Made by a program: the position numbers and the translations under genes
Origin: a virus
Lineage: Duplodnaviria; Caudoviricetes
IMG/VR virus record: IMGVR_UViG_3300013288_000001
Coordinates: 7,140-71,139 of that record
DNA: 64,000 nucleotides
Strand: one strand, 5' to 3'
Notes under the pieces: generated by a model
What the model was told of the DNA's origin: nothing
The model's input: only the letters and a program-made list of their open reading frames with translations
Database searches by the model: none
Shown here: piece by piece, positions 26,494-34,695 of the stretch
Numbering within the stretch: position 1 is the first letter of the stretch
Layout of the letters: every line of letters begins with the position of its first letter

Positions 26494-26877
26494 ATGGCAC
26501 GCTTCAAGCCCGGTAATGGAGAAGGCAACTCGCAAGGCATTTCGCTGGCGTTTGATGTGAACGATCCGGCAGAAAAGCGGGCGCTGGATATGGCGCTACG
26601 CCTCGCCAGACCGCACGGACGGCGCAAGGAGTTGTTTGTCCTGTTCCTGAACGCGCTGGCCGATTATGAGCGGGATACCGGGCGGGAAGTGGATGCCAAG
26701 AGCATCGGCGGGAGTCTGATCGCTCATGCCTTAGCAGGGAAGGGCGGCGTGGTGGCACAAACGCCTCAGCAGACCATCACCCCGCCGCTTTCGAGTGAGC
26801 CTCAGATTGTGGTGACGACACAGGTTAAGGCCAGTGCCGAGGAACGGGCCAATCGTTTTTCAGCGCGGTTCAAGTAG
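26494..26877 (+). CDS. ParR-like adaptor
   Basis: Small gene directly after parM; N-terminal strand-helix-helix, flexible linker, short basic C-terminal helix. Confidence 0.55.
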   Translation: MARFKPGNGEGNSQGISLAFDVNDPAEKRALDMALRLARPHGRRKELFVLFLNALADYERDTGREVDAKSIGGSLIAHALAGKGGVVAQTPQQTITPPLSSEPQIVVTTQVKASAEERANRFSARFK

Positions 26878-26884
26878 AGGAGGG

Positions 26885-27271
26885 ATGATGAGCGAATTAC
26901 AGTCGATGCAATCCGACTTGGACAAGTGGCGTGCTGCCTTAAATGTTGCTGCTATTGAAGCGCTGGCGGCTCACGGAATAGCTATGAGCGAAATAAGCAA
27001 AGCTATAACTGACTGGGCAGAATACATGGCTCCCAAAGTATTCGATCTGGTCAATGAAATGAACGCAATCATGGCCCCATATGCCTTGAAATTACCAGAC
27101 CCACAAGCCCGTTTTGAAGGTGAGCATCCAGTGGACTGGGTGCTGCGTGTTGGCAGGGAAACTAGCGGCCACAACATTTACGAGGGCGAGGCATGGCGCT
27201 TCCGAGTCTTGCGCGATTGGTGGCAAGGCGATGACGTGGATGATGAGTACGGGAAAGGATGGAATCGATGA
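26885..27271 (+). CDS. hypothetical protein
   Basis: GAGG RBS, coupled. Confidence 0.55.
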   Translation: MMSELQSMQSDLDKWRAALNVAAIEALAAHGIAMSEISKAITDWAEYMAPKVFDLVNEMNAIMAPYALKLPDPQARFEGEHPVDWVLRVGRETSGHNIYEGEAWRFRVLRDWWQGDDVDDEYGKGWNR

Positions 27272-27963
27272 ACAGCGAATGGCCCTATGATGAGCTTCCA
27301 CCTGATTTCTTAGACTGGCTTAAGGATATGCAGGGTGAATCCACTTACGCCCATGCAATGACCGGCGTACCCCAAAAACCATTCCAGCGTGGGCAGATTA
27401 TTTATTCTGATGATCTGCACAACATCCAAAATGTTAAGTTCGGACGAATAGACAAAGATGGTAAGTTCGTCGAGCTTCCTGCGCCTATACCGACGCGGAT
27501 AAATCATTGGGATTTTGGCACGGGTGAGGAAGCGCGGCTGGATAGCGGCCTGTACCGGTTGCAGGACATTGTCAATCAATCCAACGTGGGGTTCACCGCT
27601 TCCGCGCCGATAAATGCGGAGCTGATGGAAGTCCTCACTAACGAAGTGAGGCGCATTCAGGAATGGCGAGAGCAAAGCATGGAAGCTATTCGCCAATGGG
27701 TGAAAGACGCACGCGGCGGCGATCCTGCGCCACTGGATACCGTGATGGAATTTGCGGCCCAGTACCTGACACCTGAGCAATTGACGTGGGAGTCGCTCAA
27801 CATGGAGTTTATCAGCACCGACCACGCCTGGTTAGAAATGGAGATAGCAATTCAATCTGGCATAACTATTGGCAAAGAGGACACCGCAAAGGCGTGCGAG
27901 TGCATCCTGTACCTGATGATGCGAGAAGGGGAGGATAATGGCTCACTTTCTCCTGACGTTTAG
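27259..27963 (+). CDS. hypothetical protein
   Basis: 234-aa ORF. Confidence 0.6.
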   Translation: MESMNSEWPYDELPPDFLDWLKDMQGESTYAHAMTGVPQKPFQRGQIIYSDDLHNIQNVKFGRIDKDGKFVELPAPIPTRINHWDFGTGEEARLDSGLYRLQDIVNQSNVGFTASAPINAELMEVLTNEVRRIQEWREQSMEAIRQWVKDARGGDPAPLDTVMEFAAQYLTPEQLTWESLNMEFISTDHAWLEMEIAIQSGITIGKEDTAKACECILYLMMREGEDNGSLSPDV

Positions 27964-28438
27964 CTGGAAGACTGCCGAGCCAATTGACTGGCTGGAGCGC
28001 ATTCGTAGCGCCTTCCCGGATGCCACGATCTACGACGTGAATGCAGTCAACCGCGCTCATCCACCGGAGCGGCAGGACGCTTTCGATTGCTCGATTGCCA
28101 CTGAAGCGGGTGAAGATGCGATCCGGTCATGGTTGAACACCCAGCGCGTTAAGGATCAGGTGTTTTGCTGGGTTCAGACGCGCCTAGACCCGGAACGCCT
28201 GAGCGAACTGGAAGCGCTGGGCTACAAGGTGGTACGTGGGTTTTCAGGGTACGTGTTCATTGACCCGGTAGCGGGCTATCCTGACTTATTCCGGGGAATT
28301 GCCGCTACGGAACAGCAGGCGTGGCTGTACGCCAGTGAACACCAGCGCAACCCGCAACCGATGCAGACTCCGCCGGACATCTACTCGCGTATTGTTTTGG
28401 CGTTGGCAAATGGGAAGCCTGAAAGCCTGAAAGGGTAG
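27938..28438 (+). CDS. hypothetical protein
   Basis: 166-aa ORF with GGAGG RBS. Confidence 0.6.
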   Translation: MAHFLLTFSWKTAEPIDWLERIRSAFPDATIYDVNAVNRAHPPERQDAFDCSIATEAGEDAIRSWLNTQRVKDQVFCWVQTRLDPERLSELEALGYKVVRGFSGYVFIDPVAGYPDLFRGIAATEQQAWLYASEHQRNPQPMQTPPDIYSRIVLALANGKPESLKG

Positions 28439-28442
28439 GGGT

Positions 28443-28700
28443 ATGGCAACTCAGTATTTCCTCTGGCAGGGCAGAGACGGGGAAGCTATCGACTACCGGC
28501 CAGAAGCCAGCTTTGAGACTTTAGAAGCGGCTGAAGCGGCGATCCACAGCCAGCACGCACTGGTTATGGAGTATGGGGATTACGTTTTGCTACAGGGCTT
28601 TAGGCAATACCCGATCTACGTGTATGAGTACGGCAATCAGACTGACGTGCTACGCAATCATGAGGACTGGGCAATGTGGATGAAAAAGGGTGTCAGCTGA
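28443..28700 (+). CDS. hypothetical protein
   Basis: 85-aa ORF. Confidence 0.6.
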   Translation: MATQYFLWQGRDGEAIDYRPEASFETLEAAEAAIHSQHALVMEYGDYVLLQGFRQYPIYVYEYGNQTDVLRNHEDWAMWMKKGVS

Positions 28701-28709
28701 CACCCTTTT
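28684..28709. terminator. perfect 26-bp palindrome, probable bidirectional terminator
   Basis: AAAAGGGTGTCAGCTGACACCCTTTT between convergent genes. Confidence 0.65.
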
Positions 28710-28711
28710 GA

Positions 28712-28933
28712 TTACCGCTGTTCTTTGGACAGTAGCAGCTTCTCGCCTTCTTTCAGCACGTCTACGCTGTTTTCTTCGAGCCACTGCAAAAGCCGCTTGC
28801 CTTCTTCGTGCGTTACCCACAGCGATTCCTGGTCGTCAGTGAAGTGGATTTTCACCGAACTGATTGTGCCGAACATGTGTTCAATTGACTTAATCCGGCT
28901 CCAGGGGATGTACTGGTTATTTAACTTGAGCAT
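28712..28933 (-). CDS. hypothetical protein
   Basis: 73-aa ORF with GGAGG RBS. Confidence 0.6.
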   Translation of the reverse strand: MLKLNNQYIPWSRIKSIEHMFGTISSVKIHFTDDQESLWVTHEEGKRLLQWLEENSVDVLKEGEKLLLSKEQR

Positions 28934-28950
28934 CGGGCAAACCTCCTAGT

Positions 28951-29241
28951 TTAGCGTGGTGGCGGGGCTATCGGGCGATCTGGAAACAACCAGCTTGAAT
29001 ACGGGCTTTCGGTAGCCTTCCTGACGATTTCCACCACGTTCACAGCGGTGTAGTCTAGCATCAGCAGCAAAGCGTCCGCTTCCTCGTCAATGAAATCCAG
29101 ATAGTCTGGCGTACCGTTCTGATCGTTCCCGCGCAAGTGAACCCGTACAAAGCGATCAGTTAGCACTTCATAGCGCCGGATTTCATCAGGTAGGATGAAG
29201 TGGCGGCCTATGTTGATGGTTGCGGGTAGTTGACGGGACAC
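28951..29241 (-). CDS. hypothetical protein
   Basis: 96-aa ORF. Confidence 0.55.
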   Translation of the reverse strand: MSRQLPATINIGRHFILPDEIRRYEVLTDRFVRVHLRGNDQNGTPDYLDFIDEEADALLLMLDYTAVNVVEIVRKATESPYSSWLFPDRPIAPPPR

Positions 29242-29732
29242 AATTCCTCCTTGAGTACAGGTTGCAGTTGCCCGACGTAAGCCGGGTCATCCAGCGAGCG
29301 CAGGATGGCCTCTTTCCCTAAGTCCTTCGCATATTCATACAGGTACATGACCCCGGCATCTCTTGCCCGATTATGCCGCGCCTTGACTGGATCGCCAGTC
29401 TCAGCACCCACCAGACAGACCACGCGGTCAGCCGACTCGACCAGGTAGCGATCCCGCGCCATGCGTTTCTCAGACCGCGTACCGGTCGCCAGCAAGCGCA
29501 GGTAGTGACCTTTCGCGCCGTTGGTCGGGGAGATGGTCACTCCCACTACCTGATACTCGATATGGTAGGTCTGGCAGCAGCGCACAATCTCCGCGTCGGG
29601 GCCGTGCCGGTCTGCCACCAGTACCGACCAGTTCCGACACACGACGCGCATGGTTCGCATCGCTTGCCCCCACGCGGCGTAGTTCATCCACAGCGGGGCG
29701 TTGTCGGGGGTGAGGATCACCAGCCGGCGCAT
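29208..29732 (-). CDS. SLOG superfamily (YspA/DprA-like) protein
   Basis: VLVADRHGPDAEI and ARDRYLVESADRVV patterns. Confidence 0.55.
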   Translation of the reverse strand: MRRLVILTPDNAPLWMNYAAWGQAMRTMRVVCRNWSVLVADRHGPDAEIVRCCQTYHIEYQVVGVTISPTNGAKGHYLRLLATGTRSEKRMARDRYLVESADRVVCLVGAETGDPVKARHNRARDAGVMYLYEYAKDLGKEAILRSLDDPAYVGQLQPVLKEELCPVNYPQPST

Positions 29733-29733
29733 G

Positions 29734-30024
29734 TTAGCCTTCACCCCGTAGCGTGCCAACCATGAGCGAAATCTGGCGCAGGATAATCAGGGAACCTTCC
29801 TTGATTTCGTTTTCATTGCAGACGAAGCGCGGGTCTACTGGGAAGCTGGTATCCATGTCAAAGCCCTGCACAAAGCGCACTTGCAAGAGGCAGGTATCCG
29901 GGGCATAGCCTTGATCGGGGCCTTGCTCAATCCAACACCAGCTTTCGACCGGATAGGCGGCATGTACCCGTTGCATGGTCGCTTCCAGGAACGCAACCAG
30001 TTCGGCGCGCAGGGCGGGTTTCAC
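29734..30024 (-). CDS. hypothetical protein
   Basis: 96-aa ORF. Confidence 0.55.
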   Translation of the reverse strand: MKPALRAELVAFLEATMQRVHAAYPVESWCWIEQGPDQGYAPDTCLLQVRFVQGFDMDTSFPVDPRFVCNENEIKEGSLIILRQISLMVGTLRGEG

Positions 30025-30341
30025 GCTGCACCTGCGCGGGTCAGGGTGGCGACGTGGATGGCGATCTGGTCTTCCATCTGATCAACCAGTTCGTGATTGA
30101 CGCTGCTCAGAATTTCGATGTCGGCAATGTAGCCAGGGAGGTGGCTATTCACCTTGCAAAAGGCGCGGAAAAAGCTCACCTGGTCAACATGCGACACGCG
30201 CTGGCAACTCTGGAGCAACTGACCGTGGTCAGCGATGACCATGACCGCTTCCGGGGAGGCAATCTCGATCAACTTGCGGGCATAGCCCTTAGCGCGTTCG
30301 TCAATCCCACTCAGCATTTGTTGATAACGGTACACATTCAT
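30021..30341 (-). CDS. hypothetical protein
   Basis: 106-aa ORF with AAGGAG RBS. Confidence 0.6.
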   Translation of the reverse strand: MNVYRYQQMLSGIDERAKGYARKLIEIASPEAVMVIADHGQLLQSCQRVSHVDQVSFFRAFCKVNSHLPGYIADIEILSSVNHELVDQMEDQIAIHVATLTRAGAA

Positions 30342-30445
30342 GGTTAAATCTCCTTGTGGCTAGTGCGGGCCTCGGTAAAGGGTGGCTCCGCATGGGTTCA
30401 CAGACAGGGGCGCACGGGCTGTTTGGGCAACCTGTGCGCTTCTCG

Positions 30446-31555
30446 TTAGACCGCTTCTCTGGCGGCCTCTTCCAGCAAGATCTTCTTGTACACCGTCAAG
30501 ACCTTAATCATGGCGTCAATCTGGCTCAAGCTCATGTCATCCAGTACCTTCGTGAGGCGCTCGACCTGCGGCGGCAGCTTCGGTTCCGGCGCAGGCGCTT
30601 CTTCCAGCATGACCATTAAGTCCATGTCCTTGAGGGCGTCCAGCGCGGCGCGTCCACCGTCGGCATATTCAACCGTGGGCGAAACTTCCGACTCCGCAGG
30701 ACGTACCACGCTCAGGTCAAAGCTGTCCGAGTCCGCGCCAGCGAAGCTGTAGATCGCCTGGTTTTTGTCGCCTACGACGAAGATCCGCCCGTTGGGTGCA
30801 AGGCACTTCTCAACCAACCGCCGCTGCATGGGGGAGAGGTCTTGCGCTTCGTCGGTGAAGACGTACTGGTACTGATCGACCGGCAGGTTCCACTTGACCG
30901 CCCAGTACACCATGTCCGTGAAGTCGATATGCTTCTGGCGGGTTTCCGCTTCGGCCTTCTCCATGAGCGCCGGGACTGCCGACACGATGACGCCGGTAAT
31001 TCCCTGATCGTTCATGACATCTTCGTCTAGCCGGTACTGGCTAATCATCTCGATCAAACCTGCTTCGTCTTTCCAGTCCACCAGCTTGTAACGCAACCAG
31101 TCCAGGACATCGACCGTCATCTTCTTGCTTTCGCGGCGCAGGTCTTTGGCGAAGGCTTCCGCTTCCTCAGATGGCGCGTTCAGGATGGCCGTTTCCACCG
31201 CGTCGGCCAGTTCAGCCGAGTTATCCGCCCAGTCAGTGACCAGAGCGCGGTACTTGTTGCTGTCGGGCTGGATTGACGCCGCGGCTAAGTGCTTCCGCAG
31301 ACCGGCAAAGCCAATCCCGTGGAAGGTCTTGGTGAGGACGCCGGTTCCCTGTAAGCGCCGTTCCAACTCGGACACGATGTCCCGGTTGAAGGCGCAGAAC
31401 AAGCGACGACCACCCGGCGGCAAGCGGCGGGCAATCTCCAGTAGCATGGTGGTCTTGCCCGTACCCGCCAGCGCCTCAATCGCAAGGTTCTGCCGGGACT
31501 GCTGGACAAAATCGAGAATAGCCTGCTGCTCAGGCGACGGCTGGAAGTTGGACAT
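30446..31555 (-). CDS. UvrD/Rep-family helicase N-terminal half (motifs IV-VI not seen)
   Basis: ALAGTGKTT, FCAFNRD, DEAQD, GDKNQAIYSFAGA, then an unrelated tail. Confidence 0.75.
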   Translation of the reverse strand: MSNFQPSPEQQAILDFVQQSRQNLAIEALAGTGKTTMLLEIARRLPPGGRRLFCAFNRDIVSELERRLQGTGVLTKTFHGIGFAGLRKHLAAASIQPDSNKYRALVTDWADNSAELADAVETAILNAPSEEAEAFAKDLRRESKKMTVDVLDWLRYKLVDWKDEAGLIEMISQYRLDEDVMNDQGITGVIVSAVPALMEKAEAETRQKHIDFTDMVYWAVKWNLPVDQYQYVFTDEAQDLSPMQRRLVEKCLAPNGRIFVVGDKNQAIYSFAGADSDSFDLSVVRPAESEVSPTVEYADGGRAALDALKDMDLMVMLEEAPAPEPKLPPQVERLTKVLDDMSLSQIDAMIKVLTVYKKILLEEAAREAV

Positions 31556-31596
31556 CGAACACCCCTTCGACAAAGGAACGGACAACCCGTCCCTTA

Positions 31597-31618
31597 ATTA
31601 TACAATATACTATCACTT
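31597..31618 (-). promoter_or_regulatory. AAGTGAT-family promoter, copy 6
   Basis: AAGTGAT AGTATATT GTATAAT. Confidence 0.7.
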
Positions 31619-31690
31619 TTCTACGACCAGTTTTTAGAACGCCTGTGCGAAATCTGACTTAATTCCGAGTCAATCAGGCGTTCTAGCGGG

Positions 31691-32176
31691 CTATTCGGCT
31701 TCGTTCAGTACCCAGTTGGGGTTGCCAGCGGGCTTGCGGGCTTCGTTCCACTCATCCAGGGAAGCCTTAGTGAAAATGAGATCGCGGCTTCGGCTCCGCT
31801 GGAAGTCGGGCTTGCCGGTGCGCTCAATGGATTTCTTGAGCGAGATACGGGCAACATGCAGGTAGGCTGCTGCCTGATAGATGGTGTAGTAGTCCTGCGA
31901 CAACGGCGGGTCTACCAAGAGGTAGTAGGCATCTAGCGCGGTGATGACCCCATTGATGAACTCCATGTCATCAACACCCGACTTGCGGCTCACGGTGCCA
32001 TCATCGGCTACGGTGAACGGCGCGGCGGGGAGTACCTGGTTCATACGCTCCATGTCCAGATAGGGCAGGTGCTCGAAGGTGGTAATCGCTCGCAGTCCAG
32101 CGCGGCGGGCGTACTTGGACACGTCGCAAGCGTCTACCAGCGACTTGATCTGATCCGCTAACAGTTGAGTGTTCAT
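31691..32176 (-). CDS. protein with C-terminal excisionase-like HTH
   Basis: YYTIYQAAAYLHVARISL...IFTKASLDEW. Confidence 0.6.
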   Translation of the reverse strand: MNTQLLADQIKSLVDACDVSKYARRAGLRAITTFEHLPYLDMERMNQVLPAAPFTVADDGTVSRKSGVDDMEFINGVITALDAYYLLVDPPLSQDYYTIYQAAAYLHVARISLKKSIERTGKPDFQRSRSRDLIFTKASLDEWNEARKPAGNPNWVLNEAE

Positions 32177-32301
32177 TGAACCTCGCTTTCGTGTGTATCA
32201 ACGCTTGTATACAGACTAGCATACTATTGTATCCACTGTCAACTACAAAATAATTGAGGCGGGTTTATACCCCCAATTTCTAGGGGGATAAGGTTTAATG
32301 C

Positions 32302-32330
32302 TTGACAAGATAGTTAACTTGAATTATAGT
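32302..32330 (+). promoter_or_regulatory. near-consensus sigma70 promoter
   Basis: TTGACA-17-TATAGT. Confidence 0.8.
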
Positions 32331-32369
32331 AAGTGTATGGTCAAGTAAGCAAGCAAACAGGAGTACATT

Positions 32370-32639
32370 ATGAACATCAACAGCAAAACCACCCTCAAGA
32401 GCATTATCAGCGAATTCGATACCCGTTTCGGTCTGGTCATCACCCAAAAACAAGCCCGCGAAATCAAGGACACCCGCAAGAGCTGCTATTTTATGGGCAG
32501 CAAGTTCGTCAACACGACACTAGGCTTTAGCGTGGACATAGCAGAAGCCAGCGAGCGCGGCGTGAAATACAGCACCTATGGCACTTGGTATCCTCGCAAC
32601 GAATGGAACAAGGCCGTCCGCGCAGGCGAGTTCAACTAA
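32370..32639 (+). CDS. hypothetical protein
   Basis: CAGGAG RBS, first gene after a strong promoter. Confidence 0.7.
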   Translation: MNINSKTTLKSIISEFDTRFGLVITQKQAREIKDTRKSCYFMGSKFVNTTLGFSVDIAEASERGVKYSTYGTWYPRNEWNKAVRAGEFN

Positions 32640-32932
32640 TGGAATTAATTCTCAAGAACCTGCGTTACCAGCTTTGGTACGCAGGTTCAGAAACCAACGA
32701 AGGACGCACACTGGCCTGGTTAACCAGGGAAGCAGCGGTTAAAAGAGGCGTGGCTCATCAATGGGCGACTGCCTATATCGAAGCGGGCGAGATTGATTTC
32801 GATATTTCATTCGCAGTCAGTCCAGCCTTGAACGACGATGAAGTGAGGCAGCGTATTAAATCAAGCGCACGACAACTTGCGTTTGAATACGCATCGGCGA
32901 CCGGGCGCTTCATTAAAGGATTAAGCAAATGA
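32639..32932 (+). CDS. hypothetical protein
   Basis: TAATG coupling, MELILKNLRY start. Confidence 0.55.
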   Translation: MELILKNLRYQLWYAGSETNEGRTLAWLTREAAVKRGVAHQWATAYIEAGEIDFDISFAVSPALNDDEVRQRIKSSARQLAFEYASATGRFIKGLSK

Positions 32933-33255
32933 GCAAACATCTTCGCGTACCCATTAACACTGAGGGGGTTATCCCCCTCTTGCTCCAGGATTACATGGAG
33001 CGTCACGGCTTCAAGTCGCAGGCCGAGGCTATCCGATACCTGATAATTGAAGGCACCTGTGCAGATCGACATCGGTCAAACCTCGATCAACTGCCCGTAC
33101 TGAATGACCATTACGCAGAGTATCAGGCAGCGCGGGCGGGCGCGGATCTGTCAGAGATTGGCCCACGTGAGGGACTGAATCGGTTCTCGCTCTTTATCGA
33201 AGAGCGAGAGATGGGCAAATGGGGCGGTAATCGTCGCTCCCTGACTGACGAGTAA
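32929..33255 (+). CDS. CopG/ribbon-helix-helix regulator
   Basis: LRVPIN...LQDYMERHGFKSQAEAIRYLI. Confidence 0.65.
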   Translation: MSKHLRVPINTEGVIPLLLQDYMERHGFKSQAEAIRYLIIEGTCADRHRSNLDQLPVLNDHYAEYQAARAGADLSEIGPREGLNRFSLFIEEREMGKWGGNRRSLTDE

Positions 33256-33301
33256 GCCAAATCAATCAATAGCCGTAAACGCAAAAAAAGGGAGGTTTGT
33301 C

Positions 33302-34054
33302 ATGATTAACATCAGCTTCGATCAGATGGTTGTAAATCCTGAAAATGTGCTTACTTTGGCACGAATCACTACTATCAAGGCATTGACCAAAGCAGGTCAG
33401 GACTGGCGTATAACGCCGGAGTTTGATGATATGCAAGCTCAGGCAGCATGGAAAATTTATAACGCCATGCAAGTCTATCCTGGCAAACACATCCTTTATT
33501 ACTACGCCGTCGGCTCAAATGCCGCCATGTCTTGGCGGCAGACGTGGCGGCTGGGGGTGAAGGGTGTGCGCGATCCGCAAAAATCATCGGTGGATTTTGC
33601 GGACGTTTTTCACAAGGGAAGCGATTTTGAAGAGATGGACGAAGATCGCTTTTCGGAGTTGGCGTATGTTCAACACTACTTTGACACTGACACGCTATAC
33701 GACACTTTGGTGTCGTGGTTTCTGCAAGATCGGGACAAAAAAGGCGAGCGCGGTCTAACCGCAGCCCGCCGCGATGCCGACATCTGCCTGTGGGCCGCGC
33801 AGGGCCTCACAAATTTGGAGATCAGCGAGGTTACGGGGATTAAGGTCAGCACAGTCAAGGAATACCGAAAAAGAATTCGGGCATTGCTCCAAATGCGTCT
33901 TGAAGGGGAACCCAAGCAGCCAGTAGCAGCACCCGTGACTATTTTGCCTCAGGAAGAGCCTGCCGAAGAAAATCAGATGGAGTTGTTCTTTGGAGCAGCT
34001 TTACAAAGACTTCGCGACGCTAATCTATTCGCCGACGATGAGGAGGATGATTAA
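33302..34054 (+). CDS. transcription regulator with LuxR/GerE-type HTH
   Basis: RRDADICLWAAQGLTNLEISEVTGIKVSTVKEYRKRI. Confidence 0.7.
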   Translation: MINISFDQMVVNPENVLTLARITTIKALTKAGQDWRITPEFDDMQAQAAWKIYNAMQVYPGKHILYYYAVGSNAAMSWRQTWRLGVKGVRDPQKSSVDFADVFHKGSDFEEMDEDRFSELAYVQHYFDTDTLYDTLVSWFLQDRDKKGERGLTAARRDADICLWAAQGLTNLEISEVTGIKVSTVKEYRKRIRALLQMRLEGEPKQPVAAPVTILPQEEPAEENQMELFFGAALQRLRDANLFADDEEDD

Positions 34055-34082
34055 CAGACACTTTTCAATTTGACCCCTTTAC

Positions 34083-34104
34083 AAGTGATACAGTATGGTA
34101 TAAT
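34083..34104 (+). promoter_or_regulatory. AAGTGAT-family promoter, copy 7 (drives the large ncRNA)
   Basis: AAGTGAT ACAGTATG GTATAAT; also forms the inverted repeat AAGTGAT-N13-ATCACTT. Confidence 0.7.
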
Positions 34105-34354
34105 CACTTTTGTACGGCGCGATAGCACACAAGGCTACTGATAGAATGAAGCGGTATCAGGTGCGGGCGGTTCGCACTCGCGTCACTAGCAGGGTCAAGG
34201 GTATAACGCACAACTTGACCCTGTGAACGTCAGAATAGGAGTAGCAGATGTCATGGGCTGCTGCTTCTGGCTCTCTAGAATCCCGTTTCGACATCCGCGT
34301 TACCCCTTCGTGGATGAGCGATAAGCCGGGGCAGGGCTGGCAAACGGGAGTAGG

Positions 34355-34428
34355 GCGTGCAGGGAAGTCTCGGAGACTTCGCACTGGCAAAGCTGGTGAG
34401 ACGGGAGGTTCGATCCCTCCGGCACGCA
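34355..34428 (+). other. tRNA-like cloverleaf embedded in the ncRNA (not a canonical tRNA)
   Basis: Canonical 74-nt geometry and GGAGG-TTCGATC-CCTCC T-arm, but no U8 or U33, AAA at the anticodon position and no encoded CCA. Confidence 0.55.
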
Positions 34429-34665
34429 CTGCCCTTAGGGGTGCGCGGCGGCACACGGTGGTAGTAGGGATGCCAAGAAACGCGGGGTGAACCTGTGCCG
34501 GGGTTTACTCCACATTAAAAGGATGTGCAGACCTTGCGGGTAATTCCGCGTAGCGTGAAAACGCACTGCAACGGACGCAACCGCGTAGATACCTCGAAGG
34601 ACATCCTCAATCATCCCCCTACCAGGGAGCCGCCAGAATTCCCACCGCTGGCTAACCCCAATGAG

Positions 34666-34695
34666 AACGCCCCTTTGACGGGGCGTTTTGATTTT
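34666..34695 (+). terminator. intrinsic terminator
   Basis: AACGCCCC-tttgac-GGGGCGTT followed by TTGATTTT. Confidence 0.8.

Larger units (their letters stand above)
34111..34695 (+). ncRNA. candidate large structured ncRNA (~585 nt)
   Basis: Promoter and terminator bracket a region without a credible RBS-led ORF; many nested stems and a GAAA tetraloop. Confidence 0.65.

Noticed and set aside
25911-26627. 238-aa antisense ORF over parM/parR
   Set aside because: No motifs; conflicts with well-supported plus-strand genes.
31635-31685. 11-bp inverted repeat TAGAACGCCTG/CAGGCGTTCTA as a terminator
   Set aside because: No T-run follows the stem on either strand; function unclear, so not called.
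31691-32176. Integration module based on the excisionase-like HTH
   Set aside because: No integrase or att site seen; such HTH domains are common in unrelated regulators.
34355-34428. Canonical tRNA-Phe(AAA) or tmRNA
   Set aside because: No U8, U33 or CCA, and an AAA anticodon. No G3.U70 alanine acceptor or tag frame, and no permuted acceptor strand after the T arm.
34157-34490. Short ORFs (99 and 80 aa) in the ncRNA region
   Set aside because: No RBS, low-information translations, and they overlap on opposite strands; structure explains the sequence better.
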